From: the human T2T-CHM13v2.0 reference genome, Homo sapiens
Assembly (NCBI RefSeq): GCF_009914755.1
Contig: NC_060930.1
Reading direction: 5' to 3' (one strand)
DNA: 64,000 bases
Notes under the pieces: generated by a model
The model's database searches: none
Told to the model about the DNA's origin: nothing
What the model saw: only the letters and a program-made list of their open reading frames with translations
In this document: piece after piece, positions 52,931 to 64,000 of the stretch
Layout of the letters: each line of letters starts with the position of its first letter
Numbering within the stretch: the stretch's first letter is position 1
Made by a program: the position numbers and the translations under genes

Positions 52931-55900
52931 GTATGACTCAAATGAGGCAGCTCCACCATCCGCTCCCTGTTTGTTTTGTACCCTAAACCTTTGATGTCAG
53001 GACAAAGAAGACCCCCCTTTCCCCTGCTGGGCAGGATGCCAAAGGGAGCAGCTTCAGCTTTATAGCAATAGGATGTATTTTTTCCAAGTGTATTTGACTT
53101 CTGTTTGGCAGATGGTTCAAAATACTGTTCACAGAAGATTTTATTGGCACTCCTTTTACCTGTACTTGTTCTGGTTTAAAGATTAGCACTTAGGAATAAT
53201 ACAATCCTTAGTTGTCCTGTATTTATCAGTTTTGTTTTGTCCTCAATCCTTACTTTTCTTTCTCCATCTCTGATTCCTCCAGGCATTCACATTACCTACC
53301 ACTCCTATTTTCTATGATTATCTTCCTTACTGCCAGTTTAGTATCATCTGCCTTTGTCTCTTATTTTCCTGTTTTCCAGATGATTTTAACTATTTTTATT
53401 TTCTACTGCCTTTAAAGAGTTTCACCATGGGTAAACATGAAATGATTTTTCAGAAATGATTTATAGACATAGATGTGCATAATTAATAGGGAATAGTTAA
53501 ATGTTTTTATAAACAGACCTTATTAAAAATCCTAATTATTAGTTTTTTTATTTGTTCCAATTTTTTTGACCATTTTGCAGTTTTCTCCCACACTACAGTA
53601 TTGAATTGCACCTTTTCTCCTTCAGAGAATATAGTAACCTGAAAATAGTTGCAGTTACTCCTTGTTCCTATTGTGTTTGCTTTGTTATATTTGCTATCTT
53701 TTGAGAGTTCTGTTTTGTTTGCTTGTTTGTTTTTATAGCGAGCTGAAAATGTCAGGAAGTATGAGTGCTCTTGATAAAATTAGTTGATAGGAGAAACTAA
53801 GATTTCACACTGGGGTTAGATATAGAATGCCTTTGTATACCTATCAAGTCAGATGGGAGGAAAGCCTCTTACTCAAATGATGGTCGAGAACTGCTGTTGT
53901 CTCTCCAGATGTTGGCAGGTGTAAACAGGCTCTTCCTTTCTCCTGGAAAAGCCAGGCACATAGCTGAGTGTTTCACTCTGAAATTTATTAAGAATCCAGA
54001 GTATTTTAAAGAATAAAGTACCCAGCTGCTAAAAGAGCATTCACTCAGTAAGACACATCTGTTTACCCACTGTTTTGCCCACTAGAGAGCGCCACCTCTT
54101 GGAATCAGTAGCTTCATCTGGCACTTACTTGGTCAGGAGCCTTCTGAGAATGGTCCTGGGAGTTTATCTGTACCTACTTGGGTTAGTTAGGGAAGTGTTT
54201 CCCATCCAGGTACCCAGTGGTCAGGTTGTGACACATAATAGAGGCCCATTGTTTTTGCAAAATGAGGGAGAGCTAATGCCTTTAAAAAATAATATGAGTT
54301 TTTTTAAATGTAGAGAAGTATGGAAGAAGGAAAAAAATGGCCTGTGATACCACAGCCCAATTAAAGTTTGTTTACGTTAAATATTAATCTCAGCACATGG
54401 TTAGAAAATTTAAATATTATAGAAATGAATAGAAGGAAGAGTAATTGTCTTCAACTCCTGTCCTATTTTTTAAAGGTATACAAAAGGAATTATGTATTTA
54501 CCTTGCTCTTTTCAATTTACATCTTAGAGATTCTGGCATCAGCACACACACACTAGGTACACTTAGTTCTTCTAAATGCTGGGATGCTCTGCAATTCAGT
54601 GCCTGTATCGTGATATATTTAATCAGGCTCCTAGCAATGGACATTTATGTTGTATCTGGTGTTTCACCATTACAAACAAGCCTGTGGTGATGTTTTCATG
54701 AATGTATATTTTGCACTTTCATACATATATCTAGGATAAACTCCTAGAAGTATACTTGCTCTAAAGATATACAGGTTTAAAATTTTGGTAAATATTGCCA
54801 AATAAGTCCTTTATTTTCAGGAACTCCAGTTGATTTTATATTTGTAGCTTTCTTCTACCTTTAAGTATATTAATCCTCAGAGTTAAGAACAGAATTGTAA
54901 AGTACATGCCCTATCAGTACATTTAGGAAATTTAAAGCACTGAGGGATGTAGAGATGTTTGATGACAACTTGTTTGATAATCTCTTTTCAGGTTGTTGAC
55001 CTAACATAAGAACAGTGTTCCTTGCCAGCTGATCTCCAGAGAGCAAATCCCTTTGAACTTATCTTCCCCAAATGGTAGATTATGCAGAAACAGCTTGGTC
55101 TAGTGGAAATCACAAGGGGCTTAGTGCCAAACAGTCCTGGATCATATTAGCTCTGTTATTTGCTGGATAAAGTGTCTCTGGTACTAAGTCACTCTTAGCA
55201 TCAGTTTTCTCATCTTTGAGTGGAGATAATACCACCTTTGCAGAAGTGAGAACCTTTGTTAACATAAATTGTTCCTTTCCCCTCAGTCCTTCATTTGCCA
55301 TTCTACCATGGCCACTAAGACAAAGGGAGTAGGGTTGGTAGTAGTTTCTTGGGGAGCAGTTTTTCTCTGTGTAAAACTTAATGGTTATAGGACTTGATCT
55401 TGATTCAGAGGCTTGTTTTGTTGAACTGGGCTCACTAATCACTTCATTAGCAATGAGCTGTCTCTTCTATACAGAGGTGGACGTTGAAGCTTTCATGTGG
55501 TGTAGTGTCAGAGTTTGGGTGTTGGGTGAGGCATTGCAAGCAGCCTGGCCCAGTTAACAGCTCAAGGCTGAACAAGCCCTTGTGTCCACACAGCGGACAT
55601 TCAGCCCAAGTTCAACAGTCAAATGACCTTAGCCTCTTGCATTGTGGGTGAAAACCAATGAGCTCTTCTCATTAGGTTCCCCCTGAATTATTTAATTAGA
55701 ACTCAGCCCTTACTCAAAATCAATAGTTCAACTCTTAGACTGAATTTCATCTATTAGTACCCACAAAGGAAGAAGAATGGGAGGAGAAAAGCAAGGGTAT
55801 GTAACTGGCAATGCTGGGATGCTTCCTGCTCCAACAGTGCCTGAGACAGCTGACCATGAAGTTGGGTCAGTCTAGTGTCAGGCCAAGCGATATGACAAAG

Positions 55901-57670
55901 TGCAGATTAATGAACCTTGGGAAGCTTTGCCCACTGTCCTAAGTCTTGGGAGTCCTGGAGTGTCATACAGTCCTACAGCATAGCAAAGCAGAGGCAGAAA
56001 AGCACATGGCATATCATCTTCCTTTTTTTCCAGATCACTGGTTCTTCACACTGGCAAAGCCATCCTAACCTTTCTTAGGAATTAAAAACAGCCTGAGAGG
56101 TTCCCCTAACAATTCAAGCTGTGAAAAAATGAAAAACAGGAAGACTATATCAACCAAAATATTTTTAACTGAGAGAATGGACACAAACTGGCACAGCCAT
56201 TTTGTGAACTAACAGAAAACTTTGATTTTTTTTTTATACATTTTAAAATAAATTTACAGGAAGAAGTAAGAGGCAGAAAACAATATTCAGAGGAACAGAA
56301 CCCTGGCTTCTGCATATGGTTTTCTTCTCATTTCCTTATAATACTTCTGCATTCCAAAGTAATCTATTTGCTTATTGGATTACTCATTCATTCATTCAGC
56401 AAACGTCTATTGAGTGCTTAGAATATGCTGAACACTGTGCCCAGTCAACGCTAAAGAACAAGACAAGTGTGTTCCATAACCTCATATACATAGCTTGCAA
56501 ATTGGGGGGAGAGGGGGGGAGTCAAAATCAGGTGATTATAATGATGTATTCAAGCACCTTATTATTAATGTAAAATCTGGCTTTACCTATTGGTTCTGTT
56601 TGACTCTTCTTTGTATCAAGCGTTCTCTAGGGAACTGTATGAGGTTGGGTTCCCTCAAAAGCAGAGTGGTTACTCCTGATCCCAGTAGTCAGGAGTGAAG
56701 GAATGAGAGGATAAGACATGGAAGGAACAATGGTTGCTGGACTCCATTGGGACTTCCAAGGAGAAGCGCAGAGAATACCTCCTAGAGTTGTCTGTCCATG
56801 GAACAGGAAGCAGGGCATTCTTTTACTGGTTCCTGAACCTGTTCTAAATGTGAAGTTTGCCACATGGGCTCCAGAGCCTTTGGGAGAAAGAGAATCGACA
56901 CAGTTTTGCCAAGGTGGGATGGTGCTATTAGCATAGCAGTGGCTGCAATCAGACGCAGGCCAAGGGGATGTGACATGGGTCATCAAAAGTGTCTGTTCAG
57001 GGACAGCAGATCCAAAAGTCACATGTGCCAAAGAAGGGCTCAAATGTAATTCTACCCTAAAGTCATACAGAATAAACCAAATCCCTCTCTTCCACGAAAT
57101 CTTGGAATATACCTGTCCTATACTCTACAGTTTTTAAGCACACTGTGTCTTCACATGGCATGATTATATTCTACTTATCACCCCAGTTTTTTTCACATTA
57201 TACTGAAATTTGTCTTAAATGGCATAAAAATAGAATACAGTACTCTAGGAGGGGTCAGCCAACCAATCTGAAAAAGCACTATTGTATAGAGCGCTTCATG
57301 GTACTCCAGGGTTAGGTAAATTGATTGTTTTGAAATTCAGTGACATAGATAACATCATATGGCTTTTTCATATTCTATTTTATTTTTTGCATATACTCTT
57401 TTTAGTTTTTACATTCTTTAAGATGACTAAAATATCTTCGAATACAATGCTTAACTTCTAGATATCATCTTTTAACTTTCTTGTGGTGCCCTCAGAGCTT
57501 AAATCTTTCTTAAAAGACAATGACAGCCAATAATGGTGCCACTTTGAATTGGAATGGAGGCTTCTTCAGATAATTAAACAAAATCTAGTGTCTCTTCAGC
57601 CATATTCCTGTGTATTTCACATGCATGCAGCATTATGTTGTTCCCAGTTTAAAATTTTGTTCTTTTTTAG

Positions 57671-57750
57671 GAAAGTATTACTTTTACGACAACTACTTTG
57701 ACCTGCCAGGAGCTCTTCTGTGTGCCAGGGTGGTGGACTATTTAACAAAA
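57671..57750 (+). CDS. NT5DC1: NT5DC1 coding exon 5 (80 nt)
   Basis: Acceptor tcttttttag|; GKYYFYDNYFDLPGALLCARVVDYLTK; donor AAA|GTAAGT (phase 0). Confidence 0.95.
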
Positions 57751-58341
57751 GTAAGTGGGGACTCATTTTTTAAAACTATGATATGTAGTCAGTCATAAAT
57801 TGGAGGACCTAATTATATATTGCTTCTGAGTTGTGATTTTGCTTAGTTTCTTCTTTGTGGTTTCAGAGCTGACTGGGAAAGAAAAACATGGTGAATTTGG
57901 TTCAAATATTTTTGGAAAATTAAATAGCAGTGACCTTTTTTTTTTCTCTCAGGAAAAATAAACCTATTCTCCAGCAGAGGGGGCAAAAGTTTAGAAAAAG
58001 AAAAGAAATACAGAACTTGGATCTGGACAAAACATTTTTTTTAGCAAAATAAATAGTTTCATTAGCAAAATAAAAAAGTTAGAGGTGATTAAGAAAATTC
58101 AGCGTGTCTTTAAGCATTCTAAATAATATAAAATAGAAAAATCGGATGAAATTTAAAAATTCACCATTTTGAACATCATTTAATGAATATAAATTTTTTC
58201 TTTTGTACTGTATATCAAGATTAAATAGATCTCTGGTTATACTAGTTTATCCTTAGGACTTAAGACCTATGAACATCAAACAGATTTATATGTCAGAATC
58301 ACTTTCCTTTATGCATGTCTTTTAAAAATAACTACTTTTGG

Positions 58342-58770
<429 letters not shown>

Positions 58771-59401
58771 TCAGTTTCTCATTCGGTAGTTACTACAAGG
58801 AAAGTGTATCAGTCTTTAAATATTTTGGAGTTTGTATAATTAGATATAAATATCTAGTAGTCTGTCTTTGTTTAGATAGGTCACTGGTTAACATTTTCAA
58901 GGAAGCAAAGGATCATAGGGTTGTATATTTTAATGTAATGTTTATTTGCTTTCTGATTTAAAAAAACTTAATGAAAACAATTTACAGTTCGGATTTGGAA
59001 CCTCATTCATCTCTTCTGTTGAGACTTGCAGCTCTTTCATATCGAAATTCAGGTTAAGTGTGCACTGAATTCTAAAGTAACTAGCTTTTGGGGTTTTAGG
59101 GCGTCAGTCTTCTTAGTCCCATTGATGCCATAGTATGTTATATAACACATTCTGATATCCCAGAAATTATATAACACTATGAATTTGCTGTGTTTAAAAA
59201 TATTCTATAATTTTTAGACTTTATAACGAGTGGAAATTTTTATTTTATTTGGGCTATATGAGCTATATTAAAATTTAGTGATATGTATGTGTATATGTAG
59301 CAGTGATTTTCATGGAAGATTTCTTTTTAAAATTACATTTAGAAGAATGATAACTTTATTATGTTTTGTAAAATATAAACTTATATCAGAATATAGTAAT
59401 A

Positions 59402-59758
59402 CAGATGCTCCCTAACTTATGATGGGGTTTTTTCCTGATAAACCCATCGTTAAGTCAAAAATACTATAAATCCATTTAATACACCTAGTTTACTGAACAT
59501 CATAGCTTAGCCTAGCTTATCTTAAACATACTCAGAACACTTCCATTATCCTACTGTTGGGCAAAGTCATCAAAAGAAAGCCTATTTTATAATAAAGTAT
59601 TGAATAGCTCATGTAATTTATTGAATACTGTACTGAAAGTGAAAAACAATTGTTGTATGGGTACTTGAAGTTAAGTTTCTACTGAATCTTCATCACTTTT
59701 GTACCATTATAAAATAAAAAAATTGTAAGTCTAACCATCTTAAGTCAGGGACTGTCTG
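59402..59758. mobile_element. MER47A-like (TcMar-Tigger) MITE
   Basis: TA|CAGATGCTCCCTAACTTATGATGGGGTT...TAAGTCAGGGACTGTCTG terminal inverted repeats. Confidence 0.8.
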
Positions 59759-59840
59759 CATTGTAATTGTTTGCCAGCATTTTTCACTATGCTTAAAAAC
59801 TGAATTATTGTGTTTGTTTCATTTGGAATTATTTTTTCAG

Positions 59841-59925
59841 CTGAACAATGGTCAAAAAACATTTGATTTTTGGAAGGATATAGTTGCTGCTATACAACAC
59901 AATTATAAAATGTCAGCTTTTAAGG
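59841..59925 (+). CDS. NT5DC1: NT5DC1 coding exon 6 (85 nt); the gene continues beyond the window
   Basis: Acceptor attttttcag|; LNNGQKTFDFWKDIVAAIQHNYKMSAFK; donor AGG|GTAAGT (phase 1). Exons 1-6 join in one open frame of 529 nt. Confidence 0.95.
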
Positions 59926-60889
59926 GTAAGTATTGTGAAGAGGGGCCTTCTAATACGTGTTTGTTAAGCTATGTTTGTCTAGTGAATTAGCTGAAAAGTA
60001 GGTACTTTGCTGTGTATCTTACTTAGGATTTAATTTGAGCTTAAATATTATTATAAAGTTGGTTCTGACTACATTTTCAGAAGTCCTTTTATTTGTGCTT
60101 CTTTCATGGCTATAATTGCCCATATTCCAAGCTGTGCTGTTACACTCTCCTTTACCACGCCTGCCACGAGGGTCATTCTGTGAGTTCCCTAGAATTGAAG
60201 TCCAGTTTTGCTTTTTCATGGCCTGGGCATAAGGGTTGGTGACTTGTAACCATTAGTGTAGTAGTTATAGACAGGTGGGCAAAATGTCTGCCGGCAGAAA
60301 TTTTGTTCTTGTTGCTTAAGGAACAAAACTGGCTGACCCAGAGTGAGGGCAGAGATATCACCAATCTTGAGCCCAGAGTTTTACCTTTCCAATCACAGCT
60401 TTGCTTGGATTACACAAGATTGCTTCTAAGGAATAAATAGATGCCTTTATAGTATGTTACCTCAGTGACTTGAGCCACATTGTCCTGATTAAACTAATAG
60501 GATGATGGATTCTTAAGAGTAGTATTTTTCAGCTTGGAAAAAATGTTGCCTTGTGATTGACAAAAAAATTGCTTGCCTTTTTAAAATGTAATTCAAGCCA
60601 TCAAAACAATTTTAAATATTATAACCAAAAACATGTCAAGACAATAAATAGTAACTGCAGAATATTTGTTCAAACTGCATATTTCTCTGTCACCTGCTTC
60701 TTTCCCTCCCAGGAGAAAATTACAACTTTGGGGTGATTTTGTCATTTTTCTATCCCTAGTCATCAGCCCTTGACCCTGACTCAGATTGCATGTGGTTTTG
60801 TGGGTACCTCTTCACAGTCAACAATGAGTGGTTGGGTCTGTGGGAATAAAGATGCATCACCAATATAGGGACATATCCATGACAACTGT

Positions 60890-62056
60890 AAAAGCCACCC
60901 ATCACTTTATTGTCCTACTTTTTTATTAACTTTGAACAATGAAAAGCCTTGAAAGAATGGTTGAGAACAGCAAATTGCTGCTTTCAAATTAATTCAGCCT
61001 AAAAATCTATTGATGTTATTTTATTGTGTCGTAAATAAGGAGTAGGTAAAACATTTTGTGCTTTAATAAGTGAGGCACAGCTTAAAAGTTTTAAACAGCA
61101 ATATAAAAATACAGTACAGTGCATAAATAAATAATATATCTCCACTTCTAGTCGAATTTTGAAACCCTCAGTGTAAATTATAACTTCACTTGAATGGGAG
61201 GCACAAGGTACATGTGCTAATGTTCTGTAAATCCAGAAAATCATATCACATAAGATTCAATAAGGAATTAAAGAAATCAAATTAATCACACTTGTGTTAA
61301 CTAAATAAGAATAGGTCAGATACCTGTTTCCAAGTTATGCTGGGTATATAAAAAGCTTCTCTGCAATCATAGAAAAGTTTGAAAAGGTTCATTGATGAAA
61401 GCACCTTGCATTTCAGATGAACTTCAATATTTTGGGGCTTTTTTATATAAGAGCTTTAACAAGTATATATGCACCTGTATATTTGAATAGATATTGATGA
61501 AAGGGGCCATACAGGCCTCAGAGTAGTGCACCATCAGAAATATTTTAGGGGATACAGTGTCTTTTAAATTTGAATATTCAAGTATTTAAGTTCTACAAAG
61601 TTATATGATACCTCCTGGATGTTTCCTAGAAGTTCTCATATTCATAGTTAGAAACAGGCTTTTTTAAAAAGGAAATGCCGAGTTTCTCAAATCAAATTTC
61701 ACATAACTTAGAGCTCTATTTCTGTTTTTTTTTTTAATTTTTTTTTTTGTTGTTTGTTTTTTGTTGTTTGTTTTTAACATAGCAGGACTTCTTTGGTGAT
61801 ATTTTTTGATATTGGAGAAAACCTTAAAGAGCCTTAAGATTGCTAACTAGAAATTCAAGAGAGGCTTCACATACGTTTTTACGTTGCTGCTCACTTTTCA
61901 GGGGGAAGGTTTGTTGGTCTGATAGCTCAAATCTGTATTTCAGAAAATAAAAATTACATTCTTTTCAGCCTACCTCCATATGCATTTTGTAGGGTGGGGT
62001 AGAGTTAGAGAATGCTTTTTCTAGCACAAGATTTAGATTAGCTCTGTGGGGTGTAC
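60890..62056 (-). other. COL10A1: COL10A1 3'UTR (about 1.15 kb; the 3' end is approximate)
   Basis: Follows the stop codon, is AT-rich and repeat-free, and ends near the minus-strand AATAAA hexamers. Confidence 0.75.
60906..60927 (-). terminator. COL10A1: Tandem polyadenylation signals of COL10A1 (a further proximal AATAAA lies at 61020-61025)
   Basis: TTTATT on plus at 60906-60911 and 60922-60927. Confidence 0.7.

Positions 62057-64000
<1,944 letters not shown>

Noticed and set aside
60999-61244. 81-aa minus-strand ORF
   Set aside because: It lies in the COL10A1 3'UTR with no recognisable domain or splice support.

Overview
This is human (primate) genomic DNA, recognisable as the FRK / NT5DC1 / COL10A1 locus on 6q22. 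From left to right it contains: (1) the first coding exon, leader and promoter of FRK on the minus strand (Src-related kinase, N-terminus plus SH3 domain); (2) about 40 kb of repeat-rich intergenic DNA (Alu, L1, L2, MIR, MaLR/ERVL LTRs, DNA-transposon fossils), including a 5.86-kb, internally deleted, two-LTR ERV9/LTR12 provirus; (3) a CpG island and coding exons 1-6 of NT5DC1 on the plus strand, which splice into one continuous frame of 529 nt; (4) the last exon of COL10A1 on the minus strand (collagen helix, C1q/NC1 domain and 3'UTR), nested antisense in NT5DC1 intron 6. I see no CRISPR array, tRNA, rRNA or convincing new protein-coding gene, and I cannot support a wholly new biological system here. 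The most interesting leads are the mosaic provirus carrying a second, non-collinear pol segment, its asymmetric CCAAT-repeat LTRs pointing at NT5DC1 (with a phase-compatible LTR-to-NT5DC1 splice possibility), strong-context uORFs in the FRK leader, a candidate poison exon and internal start before NT5DC1 exon 4, and template-switch hairpins. Repeat subfamily names come from recognition by eye and are approximate.
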